Source: Paraspadella gotoi
Lineage: Eukaryota; Animalia; Chaetognatha
Reading direction: 5' to 3'
Assembly: GCA_051294375.1 (NCBI GenBank)
Contig: CM119263.1
Coordinates: 4,518,577 to 4,582,576, forward strand
Length of the DNA: 64,000 nt
Shown here: positions 1 to 12,585 of the stretch, piece by piece
How the letters are laid out: each line of letters begins with the position of its first letter
Position numbering within the stretch: the stretch's first letter is position 1
Notes under the pieces: model-generated
Database searches by the model: none
What the model saw: only the letters and a program-made list of their open reading frames with translations
What the model was told of the DNA's origin: nothing
Translations under genes and position numbers: made by a program

Positions 1-68
1 GATGGGCGATCGTAACCATCGAGGGAAGAAGAAGAGGCGCCTGGCAATGTCCCACCCCGAAGCGAAGA

Positions 69-128
<60 letters not shown>

Positions 129-300
129 ATATTGAAAATGATATTAAAAACTTTTAAAGAAATGAAATAGAGAGAGATGGAACTGAATGAAGATACAAGT
201 TATAAAGACCGAAGACCTTCATAGGAAAGAGTGGCCTGAATTACCAAATCCTGCAGATTCACAAAATGTAATTAAAACTGCCGACTCATGGTACTCAAGT

Positions 301-663
301 CTGCCGACCCAAAAAACCCAAATGTGCCGACCCAAGAAACCCAAATCTGCCGACCCAAGAAACCNNNNNNNNNNNNNNNNNNNNNNNNNNNNNNNNNNNN
401 NNNNNNNNNNNNNNNNNNNNNNNNNNNNNNNNNNNNNNNNNNNNNNNNNNNNNNNNNNNNNNNNNNNNNNNNNNNNNNNNNNNNNNNNNNNNNNNNNNNN
501 NNNNNNNNNNNNNNNNNNNNNNNNNNNNNNNNNNNNNNNNNNNNNNNNNNNNNNNNNNNNNNNNNNNNNNNNNNNNNNNNNNNNNNNNNNNNNNNNNNNN
601 NNNNNNNNNNNNNNCAAGAAACCCAAATCTGCCGACCCAAGAAACCCAAATGTGCCGACCCAA
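301..663. repeat. 23-bp minisatellite (CTGCCGACCCAAGAAACCCAAAT)n spanning an N gap
   Basis: The same unit is seen on both sides of gap 365-614; the collapsed array probably fills the gap. Confidence 0.9.
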
Positions 664-2324
664 GGGCCTCGGGTTGGCAACGACGCGATGAGAATTCCCC
701 GGTTCCGAAAAAGTTTCGATTCGGCTTCGTCAGCTGAAGTGATTCGACGTTAAGGAGAGTGACGGGTCATCATTTCAGACATCATCGTCTTTTGCGGGGG
801 TGTTGGAGGGGGGCTGGGGTGGTGGGGTGTGGTTGGAAGTGGGAGGGGTGTCTGGAAATTGGGGTGTAGTGTCGCCCTGGGGTCGAATGGCATGAGAAGG
901 GCAAGGTCAGGGGACCTTTGCCTTGAGAGCCACTTTCGGGGAGGTCGGAGAAATTGGGCAGGGATCAGAAATATGGTGGTCAGAATAGTGGTGATATTTC
1001 GTTATGAGGTCTTTAATTTATGTGGTTCTTTTAATTCACTCGTTGCTTTTGCACAATTAAGCCTCTTTAATATTCAATTAATCTTTCCTATTTTTCAAGG
1101 TCTTTCTCAAATCTTCAATAATTTAAATTTTAATCATGAAGTTTACTCTTCCCAGTTCCCAACTCCTATTTCTCCTTTTCCCATCTTTCCCTTCTTTTTT
1201 CCAAATTCCCATTTACTCTTCCCAGTTCCCACCTCCTATTTCTCCTTTTCCCATCTTTCCCATCTTTTTTCCAAATTCCCATTTAATCTTTCTCTTTTTC
1301 CCTTCAATTTACTTCATTTCGTTTTCGCATCAAAGCAGAAAATTTTTTTGCCAATTTCAACTCAGGTTCTCTTCCCAACAGATGGAGGGCAGGAAAGGGG
1401 GGAGGTGAAGAAAGATAACAACAACAACAACAACGTCAACAACGACAACGACATTACATTGGCCGCAAGAAAAATAGAAGGGGAACTCTAAAGCCTTGGT
1501 TCTCTCGGTTTATTCTCGTTTTATTTTTCTTCTTTATTCTTTCCATCGAATTAACTTCGAGAAGAGGAGGAGGAGGAGAAGGAGAAGGAGGAGGAAGAAG
1601 AGGAGAATGAGGAGGAGGAACAAAGAGATTCCCACCCATCGTCGCCCACCAACCGTGACCAACCAACCGCAGCAAGGCCTTCGTTCGTTGTTCTCACTAA
1701 TTTCATATTGACTCTGGCTCTCGCTCTCCACCCACANNNNNNNNNNNNNNNNNNNNNNNNNNNNNNNNNNNNNNNNNNNNNNNNNNNNNNNNNNNNNNNN
1801 NNNNNNNNNNNNNNNNNNNNNNNNNNNNNNNNNNNNNNNNNNNNNNNNNNNNNNNNNNNNNNNNNNNNNNNNNNNNNNNNNNNNNNNNNNNNNNNNNNNN
1901 NNNNNNNNNNNNNNNNNNNNNNNNNNNNNNNNTCATTCCCCAGCGCTCTCTCTCAAGCTTTCCGTTTTCTTGTGCAGCGTTTAATTCTCGAACGACGCCC
2001 GCATTAGACAACCCTCTCCGAAATTCACTGCAAAACCCCGGACCTTCACATTCAAACTTCACATCTCGCAAATCTCATTAACTTTCACCTCCTTTTTTTC
2101 TTTACCACCATCGCACATTCGAGCCGAGGATCGGAGCAGCCTTGGCACCCAAGCCTCGTTCCTTACGCTTAACCACTTCCGCTGCTACTCCGATGAAAAA
2201 CAGGGATTCAGCAATTTGGGATCTTTGCAGAGAGAGTCTACATCCTGTGCATGGAGGATCGAGGAACCAGGATGAAAATCATGCTATTGCACCCTCAACA
2301 GACTTGCACCCTTGACACATCCAT

Positions 2325-2739
2325 CTCGTCTCATCGAAAAGGCTTTTATCTGGAAAGGATTCGCACGTCGAGGATCGAGAGACCCAGACAAAAATCTTGC
2401 ACTGACGATGGCACCCTCAGCAGCCTAGCCAAAGGCTTTGGTACCCTCAACACCCCTGTGAGAGGCCTTGTCACTGGGGTGTTTCCGTCTCATCTCATCG
2501 AGAAGGCTTTTATCTGGAAAGGATTCACAGGTCGAGGATCGAGAGACTCAGACTAAAATCTTGCACTGCCGATGGCACCCTCAACAGCCTAGCCAGAGGC
2601 TTTGGCACCCTCAACACCCCTGTTAGAGGCCTTGGCGCTGGGGCGTCTCCGTCTCGTCTCATCGAGAAGGCGTTTATCTGGAAAGAATTCGCGCGTCGAG
2701 GATCGAGGGACCCAGACGAAAATCTTGCGCCGCCGAAGG
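2325..2739. repeat. 164-bp tandem repeat, at least 2.5 copies, running into a gap
   Basis: GTCGAGGATCGAG recurs at 2367, 2531 and 2695 (period 164), and the intervening sequence aligns between copies. Confidence 0.9.
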
Positions 2740-4275
2740 NNNNNNNNNNNNNNNNNNNNNNNNNNNNNNNNNNNNNNNNNNNNNNNNNNNNNNNNNNNNN
2801 NNNNNNNNNNNNNNNNNNNNNNNNNNNNNNNNNNNNNNNNNNNNNNNNNNNNNNNNNNNNNNNNNNNNNNNNNNNNNNNNNNNNNNNNNNNNNNNNNNNN
2901 NNNNNNNNNNNNNNNNNNNNNNNNNNNNNNNNNNNNNNNNNNNNNNNNNNNNNNNNNNNNNNNNNNNNNNNNNNNNNNNNNNNNNNNNNNNNNNNNNNNN
3001 NNNNNNNNNNNNNNNNNNNNNNNNNNNNNNNNNNNNNNNNNNNNNNNNNNNNNNNNNNNNNNNNNNNNNNNNNNNNNNNNNNNNNNNNNNNNNNNNNNNN
3101 NNNNNNNNNNNNNNNNNGAGGAAGATAAAGACAACGGTGAATGTTAAGGTGAAAAGAGATGTAAAGAGGAAGAGCTGGATAGAGAGAGAGAGAGGTTTGG
3201 GTGCGCGTGGGCGCTCCGGAGATTCTGGGCGCGCGAAAGAGGGGAGCGTTATCGGGTACGAAAGACGCGCATGCGCGGGCGAAAAGTCAAAAAGAGATGG
3301 AGAGAGAGAGAGAGAGAGAAAGATAATTATTCTCCCTCTATCAATCGTTTCTCCCCTTCTCTTTTTTTCAAAATCGGAACCATGATGTCAGCCGCTAGCA
3401 AGAGACGAGGAGACCCCGAGAGAGAAAGAGAGAGAGAGAGAGAGACAGAGTGAGAACTTTTTTATCTAAATTCACCTTAAGTGAAATTCAAATGAGTCGA
3501 ACAGAAAAATCGAGAAGATTTTTCAATTTCTTTCTTTTTTTCCCTTTTTTTATGGCTCGTCGTTCAGTAAGATGCTATTAATCTTTCTTCGGATTCTTAT
3601 AATTTTTGAATTACTATTAATTCTTAATATTACCTAAATATTACATTTTATGCTGAGATAGTGAGAGACATGACTGACTCCATTTTATGACGAATTTACG
3701 TTCGAAGTGGTAAGTTAAATGGTGATAAATGAGTTATTACTGAGAGTGAAAAGGAAGTGAGAGAAGAGGACGAGAGAAGAGAGAGAGAGAGAGAGAGACT
3801 ATCCGAGTCAAGTGAATTTCTTAACGTCAACGTCACCCGTCACTTTTAACTCCAGGAAGTCGTGACTTTTTGCCACGCTCACTGAGAATGAAGTTCGACG
3901 AAGATGGAAATAGGTAAAGAAGAATTGAGTCGAATTAAATAAAGAATAAACGAATTAAATATAGAATATAGAATAAACGATGTCTTCTATATAATTGGCG
4001 TCGTTAGCGTTGTTACGTTGTTGTTATTGTTGTTGTTGTTATTGTTAAAATCGTAAATCGAATAGCGCTATTTTTTTTTATTTCAGAGCGTGCTAAATGT
4101 AAATGTGAACGTGAGGAGAGGAAGTTAAGCATTGCCTCCCTTCTTGCATTAGACCCTTGACTTTGAAATGTAAAGAAAAAGTGGATGAAAATAGAAGGGT
4201 AAGGCTGAGGGTAAGAAAAGAGAGAGAGTAATGGGAGGGAAAAGAGAATCAGTTAGAAAAGATTAGGAAAAAAGT

Positions 4276-4347
4276 AAGGAATGGGTGAGTGAAGGAAGAA
4301 TAAGGAATGGGTGAGTGAAGGAAGAATAAGGAATGGGTGAGTGAAGG
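4276..4347. repeat. 26-bp minisatellite (TAAGGAATGGGTGAGTGAAGGAAGAA) about x3
   Basis: Direct tandem copies are visible. Confidence 0.85.
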
Positions 4348-5243
4348 GGAGATTAAGGAAAGTGTGGGTGATGTTGTGGAGAGGAGGAAAGAGGGGGTGA
4401 TGGGGTGTAGGAAGACCGGCCTTGATTTTCGTTCCGCTTTTTTGGTTTAACGATCTTTTTCTACAAACGAATCGCGGGCAGCAACGAGAAGAGAAGAAAT
4501 GAAACTGCGGTCCGGGTGCGGCTTTCTCTCTNNNNNNNNNNNNNNNNNNNNNNNNNNNNNNNNNNNNNNNNNNNNNNNNNNNNNNNNNNNNNNNNNNNNN
4601 NNNNNNNNNNNNNNNNNNNNNNNNNNNNNNNNNNNNNNNNNNNNNNNNNNNNNNNNNNNNNNNNNNNNNNNNNNNNNNNNNNNNNNNNNNNNNNNNNNNN
4701 NNNNNNNNNNNNNNNNNNNNNNNNNNNNNNNNNNNNNNNNNNNNNNNNNNNNNNNNNNNNNNNNNNNNNNNNNNNNNNNNNNNNNNNNNNNNNNNNNNNN
4801 NNNNNNNNNNNNNNNNNNNNNNNNNNNNNNNNNNNNNNNNNNNNNNNNNNNNNNNNNNNNNNNNNNNNNNNNNNNNNNNNNGAAAAAGAGAAATAAATGA
4901 AAAAAATTATAAAAGAAAAGAAATAATTTTAAAAATATATAAAAGAATGGCTACAAATATAAAAGAAAAATGATAAAAAAATGAAATAAGGAGAAGATGA
5001 AAGTCAAGAAAAGAAAAGAAAACGTAGTGAGAAAAGAAAGAAAAAAAGAAAGAAAGAAAATGTGAGAAGAAAAAGGGAACCAAAATAGAAGAGGATCTTT
5101 TTCATTACCTCAAAACCAAAATGACGTCTTTCATCTTCAGATTTTTCTTTCTTTCTTTTTTTTTTGGTTTCGTACCCACATCAAGATTCTCGCGGTTTTT
5201 CTTCGCTTTTAACTTCCGGTTCCTTGTCGAACTCTTTTTCTTA

Positions 5244-5356
5244 CTTCATACCATCTTGTTTTTCTTTCTTACTCTTCAATCTTCATACCATCTTGTTTTT
5301 CTTTCTTACTCTTCAATCTTCATACCATCTTGTTTTTCTTTCTTACTCTTCAATCT
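5244..5356. repeat. About 37-bp minisatellite (CTTCATACCATCTTGTTTT(T)CTTTCTTACTCTTCAAT) x3
   Basis: Direct tandem copies are visible. Confidence 0.85.
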
Positions 5357-7825
5357 TTGTATCATCTTTTTTTTCTTTTTTACTATTTGATCTTAATACC
5401 AATACCAATACTTTTCCTACCAACTTTTTCTCTCTATTTCTTACTTTTACTTTCTACTCCCATGGCCTCTCTCTTTCTCCCTCCTCCCTTCCTCCCTTTC
5501 TCATTACCTCCCTCCTCCCTCGCTTCCTCCCTTCCTCCCCCTCTCCTCTCCTCCCTTCCTCCCCCTCTCCTCTCCTCCCTTCCCCATTTCCTCTTCCGCG
5601 CGAAAATTTGATGACCGAAACTTTGAAAACGAGAGAAACGAAAGGCGGAGAATTTCAATGGAGTTTTTGGGAGAAATTGGGCGCCGAATGACGGTAGGGT
5701 GGACGGCGGTGAACGACGTGGCGGCGGCGGCGATGGCGGCGGCAGAGGCAGCGGTGGCGGCGGAGGCGGCGGAGGCGGTTGACGATAGGGTGGAGGGGGG
5801 TAAATTGCAAGGCGACAGCGGCGTCAGCGGCGCCGAATGACCGCGGAAATGTGGAGCGGCGGCGACGACGGTTTTGGCGGTCCTGGCGGTCACAGTGGCA
5901 AAGTCAGGCATCTCACGTCAGAGGTCGCTCAGCCCTTGATTCTGTCACGAAATGGCGATGGATAAAGAGCGCCGGCTTCGACGAAAGCGGCGTCAAAACG
6001 AGGCCCTTCGGTCCAACGTCGACTCTCATAAAGGTCGAGAGTCGAGACGCCGTTCGAGAGACGCCGCCATTTTTACTTCCGGTTTCGACGCCGCCTCTCC
6101 GTTGCCTAGCGACGCGACGTTGAACGGCGGACAACAAAACAGTAACGAGAGCTTAAAAGCTTTTTGGCCTTCCGAAAAAANNNNNNNNNNNNNNNNNNNN
6201 NNNNNNNNNNNNNNNNNNNNNNNNNNNNNNNNNNNNNNNNNNNNNNNNNNNNNNNNNNNNNNNNNNNNNNNNNNNNNNNNNNNNNNNNNNNNNNNNNNNN
6301 NNNNNNNNNNNNNNNNNNNNNNNNNNNNNNNNNNNNNNNNNNNNNNNNNNNNNNNNNNNNNNNNNNNNNNNNNNNNNNNNNNNNNNNNNNNNNNNNNNNN
6401 NNNNNNNNNNNNNNNNNNNNNNNNNNNNNNNNNNNNNNNNNNNNNNNNNNNNNNNNNNNNNNNNNNNNNNNNNNNNNNNNNNNNNNNNNNNNNNNNNNNN
6501 NNNNNNNNNNNNNNNNNNNNNNNNNNNNNNNNNNNNNNNNNNNNNNNNNNNNNNNNNNNNNNNNNNNNNNNNNNNNNNNNNNNNNNNNNNNNNNNNNNNN
6601 NNNNNNNNNNNNNNNNNNNNNNNNNNNNNNNNNNNNNNNNNNNNNNNNNNNNNNNNNNNNNNNNNNNNNNNNNNNNNNNNNNNNNNNNNNNNNNNNNNNN
6701 NNNNNNNNNNNNNNNNNNNNNNNTTTTTTTTTCTTTTCCTTCTTTTTAAAAAACAATATACACTTATAAAGCAGTAAATTCCATATTGCACTCTGTTCGA
6801 ACCAGTAACCACGAATCAAAAATTATGGAAGAGACGTTGCCCTTCATAATATGAATCGTCCATGAAATGGAAACAATTACGCAACATAGCAAATTAAAAT
6901 TGACTTTTTAATTCCTCCACCTTACATTAATATGATTTTTCTCAAATCCCTTTAAGCTATATTTCGGCTTATACTTCAGCAAAAATAGATACAAAAAGTT
7001 TAAACTTATAGCGGCAGATACCACTAACTTTCTACTATATTACATTNNNNNNNNNNNNNNNNNNNNNNNNNNNNNNNNNNNNNNNNNNNNNNNNNNNNNN
7101 NNNNNNNNNNNNNNNNNNNNNNNNNNNNNNNNNNNNNNNNNNNNNNNNNNNNNNNNNNNNNNNNNNNNNNNNNNNNNNNNNNNNNNNNNNNNNNNNNNNN
7201 NNNNNNNNNNNNNNNNNNNNNNNNNNNNNNNNNNNNNNNNNNNNNNNNNNNNNNNNNNNNNNNNNNNNNNNNNNNNNNNNNNNNNNNNNNNNNNNNNNNN
7301 NNNNNNNNNNNNNNNNNNNNNNNNNNNNNNNNNNNNNNNNNNNNNNNNNNNNNNNNNNNNNNNNNNNNNNNNNNNNNNNNNNNNNNNNNNNNNNNNNNNN
7401 NNNNNNNNNNNNNNNNNNNNNNNNNNNNNNNNNNNNNNNNNNNNNNNNNNNNNNNNNNNNNNNNNNNNNNNNNNNNNNNNNNNNNNNNNNNNNNNNNNNN
7501 NNNNNNNNNNNNNNNNNNNNNNNNNNNNNNNNNNNNNNNNNNNNNNNNNNNNNNNNNNNNNNNNNNNNNNNNNNNNNNNNNNNNNNNNNNNNNNNNNNNN
7601 NNNNNNNNNNNNNNNNNNNNNNNNNNNNNNNNNNNNNNNNNNNNNNNNNNNNNNNNNNNNNNNNNNNNNNNNNNNNNNNNNNNNNNNNNNNNNNNNNNNN
7701 NNNNNNNNNNNNNNNNNNNNNNNNNNNNNNNNNNNNNNNNNNNNNNNNNNNNNNNNNNNNNNNNNNNNNNNNNNNNNNNNNNNNNNNNNNNNNNNNNNNN
7801 NNNNNNNNNNNNNNNNNNNNNNNNN

Positions 7826-7861
<36 letters not shown>

Positions 7862-9227
7862 TGATGTAAACAAGTTTAGTGAATTTCTTGTGAGACTTTC
7901 GCCCTTCGACCTTCACGTGAACGCCTCGTGAAAAGGGCAACGACATCTGTGACTCATGGGCGTTTCCATGGAGATTAGCAAGCGGCGTCGACACAACCGG
8001 TCGACTGGCAACTTTTCGCCACATTTGTAGCATATGACACTTGATTTAAAGAGGCAAAAAAGTGGTGAATTAAACGTGAGCCCAATAATTGGTTTGACAA
8101 TTTTTATGCTAGACAAACGAACAAAAAATAATTTTTTTTTATAAATTTCTTGTTTAAAAAAAATTTTTAAACAATCAAATTGAACCCTAACATAAATTCC
8201 TTTATTTTCTTGTTATCCTGTTTTCCTTTCTCATCCGTTAAGTTTCTCGTTAATCAGTTAGTCTTCGCTTAAACGCTCGTTTTTTTCGTTTTTTCGTCGT
8301 TGTAATGGTCGTCGTCGTCGTCGTCGTCGTCGGTACATGTATATCGACAAAAAGGCTTTATTCTTTAGCCAGCGATTTGTATCACTCCTTCACCAAACCA
8401 ACTTTTCTCCATTTTCTTTTTTCGTCTCTTTTCTTTCTCCCTTCCTCCTTTTATTTCTTCTTTCCTCCTTTTCTTTCTCCTTTCCTCCTTTTCATCCTCC
8501 CTTTTCTCGTCTTTTAATTCTTTTTTTATTTTTTCAATCCTCCTTTTCTTTCTCCCTTCCTCCTTTTCTTTCTCCTTTCCTCCTTTTCATTCTCCATTTT
8601 CTCGTCTTTAATTTTTTTTCTTTCTCTTTTTCTCTTTTTCTTTCTCCTTTCCTCCTTTTCCTTCTCCCTTCCTCCTTTTCTTTCTCCTTTCCTCCTTTTC
8701 CTTTTCCCTTCCTCGTTTTCATCTTCCCTTTTCTCGTCTTTTAATTCTTTTTTCTTCTTTCTTCCTTTTCTTTCTCCCTTCCTACTTCATCCCTTTTCTC
8801 GTCTTTCAACTCTTTTTTCTTTTTCCCTTCCTCCTTTCCTAGTCTTGCCCTTTATTCAACGGGGAGATTTTCCTGTTGCTCCGCATCGATTAACCACAGC
8901 TGGAATCTCAGCCCGAGTCTGTCGCCGTCACGCTCTTACCTCCCCTTACCCAGACTGCACTTACCAACCTCGGCCACTACATAACCTTCCCATTTCGCAC
9001 TGCGGTCTCGCCTAATATAAACTTACTTTCTGACTTCTGCATAAGTTTTTTGATTATTATTTTACTACTAACTAATAGTAACTATATAACAGTTAATTTT
9101 ACTGTACGATCTTTGTCTAAGTCCTGTGGAAGTTTTTCTCGCCCTATCCCGAACTTACCCGCCTGACCATTGAACACACTTAGAGCCCTCTTCCTCACCT
9201 TCCTCACCAATTTCCAACTTAACTTAC

Positions 9228-9457
9228 TTTTTTTCCTGACCCTCCTTGCTCGCCTCTCAATTTCGCCCCAGTTTCGTGGGAGGGAAAATTCCTTCTTTCG
9301 AAATTCCTTTGAGGAGAATCGGTTCTGCGACCGGATGAGTTGGTTGTGATCGTATCAAAGGAGCGGAACGTGGTTGCGGTTGCATTAAATGAGCGGAACG
9401 AAGAGGTTGTGATGGCATTCAAGGCTCGGAACGAAGAAGTTGTGGTTGCATCTCTAC
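9228..9457 (-). CDS. Candidate isolated exon, Thr/Ser-rich with an internal repeat (RDATTTSSFRALNAITTSSFRSFNATATTFRSFD...GGSGKK)
   Basis: CAG acceptor with a weak pyrimidine tract and a perfect GTAAGT donor (plus 9222-9227). Only one frame is open. No family recognised. Confidence 0.3.
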
Positions 9458-9873
9458 CTGCACGTGTATAACATGACTGCATGTCACGTTAAATATTTGG
9501 GTCTCTGGGATGAAAATCGAGATAGCCACCACGAAAGGTCAGGAAAAAGAAACACGTGACTATTGGAGGTCGTGGCACGTGATCAATGAGAGAGANNNNN
9601 NNNNNNNNNNNNNNNNNNNNNNNNNNNNNNNNNNNNNNNNNNNNNNNNNNNNNNNNNNNNNNNNNNNNNNNNNNNNNNNNNNNNNNNNNNNNNNNNNNNN
9701 NNNNNNNNNNNNNNNNNNNNNNNNNNNNNNNNNNNNNNNNNNNNNNNNNNNNNNNNNNNNNNNNNNGAGAGAGAGAGAATATTCTCAAAGCGAAAAAAAA
9801 CTTATCTTCGTTAACCTGAGTTTTCATTATTGTCGTTGTCGACGTCGTCGCTTTCATTGTTGTCGTCGTCCTT

Positions 9874-9911
<38 letters not shown>

Positions 9912-9942
9912 CGTCGTCGTAATCATCATCATCATCATCACT

Positions 9943-10002
<60 letters not shown>

Positions 10003-10197
10003 TTTCATCTTCGTCTTCATTAACTCTTGTCTTTTCGACGTCACTTTGTTCGCTTTTGATGATAAAGAGAAAAAAGCGTCGACTTCCAATATGAAGAAAA
10101 GAAATTAGTTGCATCAGCGAAGTCGAGTTAATAATAAAAGGAGGAAGGGAAGAAGTAATTATGCCTGGCCTCTTGATCTGAAAAGAAATGACGTGGG

Positions 10198-10294
<97 letters not shown>

Positions 10295-11291
10295 TCTCTC
10301 TAAAAAATCCTCCACCGGCGCCTTAGTTCCCAGATCTCGCGTTATTTTGTCTTCATTATCTTCGATATCATAAAGGAAAAGAGAAAGAGATGGCGTTCGC
10401 GTTTTTTCTTTTATTTCCTGTCATTGTTATTAGCCTCTTTCCTCNNNNNNNNNNNNNNNNNNNNNNNNNNNNNNNNNNNNNNNNNNNNNNNNNNNNNNNN
10501 NNNNNNNNNNNNNNNNNNNNNNNNNNNNNNNNNNNNNNNNNNNNNNNNNNNNNNNNNNNNNNNNNNNNNNNNNNNNNNNNNNNNNNNNNNNNNNNNNNNN
10601 NNNNNNNNNNNNNNNNNNNNNNNNNNNNNNNNNNNNNNNNNNNNNNNNNNNNNNNNNNNNNNNNNNNNNNNNNNNNNNNNNNNNNNNNNNNNNNNNNNNN
10701 NNNNNNNNNNNNNNNNNNNNNNNNNNNNNNNNNNNNNNNNNNNNNNNNNNNNNNNNNNNNNNNNNNNNNNNNNNNNNNNNNNNNNNNNNNNNNNNNNNNN
10801 NNNNNNNNNNNNNNNNNNNNNNNNNNNNNNNNNNNNNNNNNNNNNNNNNNNNNNNNNNNNNNNNNNNNNNNNNNNNNNNNNNNNNNNNNNNNNNNNNNNN
10901 NNNNNNNNNNNNNNNNNNNNNNNNNNNNNNNNNNNNNNNNNNNNNNNNNNNNNNNNNNNNNNNNNNNNNNNNNNNNNNNNNNNNNNNNNNNNNNNNNNNN
11001 NNNNNNNNNNNNNNNNNNNNNNNNNNNNNNNNCTCTTCCTGCGAAGAAAATGGAAAAGATAAAAAAAATTCTACCGATTGAATTTTAGTTTGTTTTTAAT
11101 TTCGTTTTCCAAACAAAAAGTCGAATGACAAAAGGTCGAAGCGTCGAACGTAGATTAAAATAAGAAGTCATTTTTATAGAAGATTTTTTTTTAATAGAAT
11201 TTAAAAAAAGAAAATTACATTTCCCTTTTTTTTGTCTCTTTTATGATTAACTTATCTTTTGTTGCCATAACAACGATCCCACGCGCCTTAC

Positions 11292-11393
11292 CCGACTTAA
11301 AAGACGAGCAGCTCCCAAGCAGCACAGCAGCAGCCGCTGCCGACGCTGCAGAGTCTTAAGTGGGATCAGGCACTTTGATACGTCCAGGTGGCG
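11292..11393 (-). CDS. Candidate isolated exon (RHLDVSKCLIPLKTLQRRQRLLLCCLGAARLLSR)
   Basis: CTCCTCTTCTTCTCAG acceptor, GTAAGG donor, 102 nt, only phase 0 open. No family recognised. Confidence 0.25.
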
Positions 11394-11524
11394 CTGAGAA
11401 GAAGAGGAGTGGCAGAGGTGACGCGCGACATCTGCGGTCTGGCGTCATGGAATTATCCAGAGACTTTTCCGGTTTTTGAAGAAGTTTCCTTTAACGGAAA
11501 AAGCAAGAACTTCCGGCGGAGGAA

Positions 11525-11580
11525 TGACTTTCCGGCAGAGGGCTGACTTTCCGGCAGAGGGCTGACTTTCCGGCAGAGGG
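11525..11580. repeat. 19-bp minisatellite (TGACTTTCCGGCAGAGGGC) x3
   Basis: Direct tandem copies are visible. Confidence 0.85.
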
Positions 11581-12544
11581 ATGGCACGCGGAGGAAAAAA
11601 TTGTTTAAAATTGTTATTTTTTTAAAGATTTAAAATTAATTTCACTTTTGATCGCCCCCCAAAATATCATCGAAAGAATCGTAAAACATCTTTTACATCA
11701 TCAGCGGCGTCGTCTTACTTCATCAAAATCCTCGTTAAACCCGATAATCAATTTAGTTTCATATTAAGAGTAAAAATCCTCGTTAAACCCGATAATCAAT
11801 TTACTTTTATAATAAGAGTAAAAATCTGTGAAAGAATAGCGACTCTCTTCTCTCCCCTTCTTTTCCCCACTTTCTCCTCTCTCCCTCTCCTCTTCCCACT
11901 CCTTCTCTCCCTCTCCTATCCCCACTCCCTCTCTCCCTTCTCCCCTTCAACATTCCCCCCCACTCGGTCCGAAGGGTCCCGAACAGGCGGCGGCCATTAA
12001 ATCTCGCAAATGTGCGCCCATGACAAATTCATAAAGCGGAAACGAGGCCAGAAATCACGCGGATGGCAAAAGTGACGCTTTTAGTGGCCGCAGCCTGCGG
12101 CTTCAAACCACTCCCTACCCATCCCCGGGCGTCCCGAGGAACCACCGCCACCGCAGCGCGCCGGGCAACATCTCCCGTCCGCCGATGCCATGCAAATGCG
12201 GGAAATGGAAAATGCGATGCGCAGCCCGGCGTTCTTGAGACCGGGAGAGGAAAGGGGGAAGAGAGGGGGGAAGAAGATAGCAAGGATATAAATGATAGGA
12301 GAAGAGACGAGAGGAGAGAGAGAGAGAGAAGAAGAGAGAGAGAGAGAGATATCTCGCGCTTCAGGAGCGAGACGCAGACTGAGCCTGAGAATGTATGAGT
12401 GCAGATACTTAAGCATGGATTGAGAGAGAGAGAGAGACATAACACATATACATTATCCATTTGTTTATCGAGGAACCAGATCTGGACCGAACAGACCAAA
12501 ACACTCGTAAAGGAAGAATGAAGAGTATGTTTTGCACTACCTGC

Positions 12545-12585
<41 letters not shown>

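Noticed and set aside
9811-10373. Poly-D/H/M/ER/SL ORFs (also near 16.2, 18.9, 37.2, 42.4 and 55.3 kb), including a tempting His-rich FGFRL1-like tail
   Set aside because: These are translations of (GAT)n, (GAC)n and (GA)n microsatellites with no splice or codon evidence.
187-11088. Long ORFs in the track that run through N blocks (also elsewhere in the window)
   Set aside because: They are open only because N codons are not stops.
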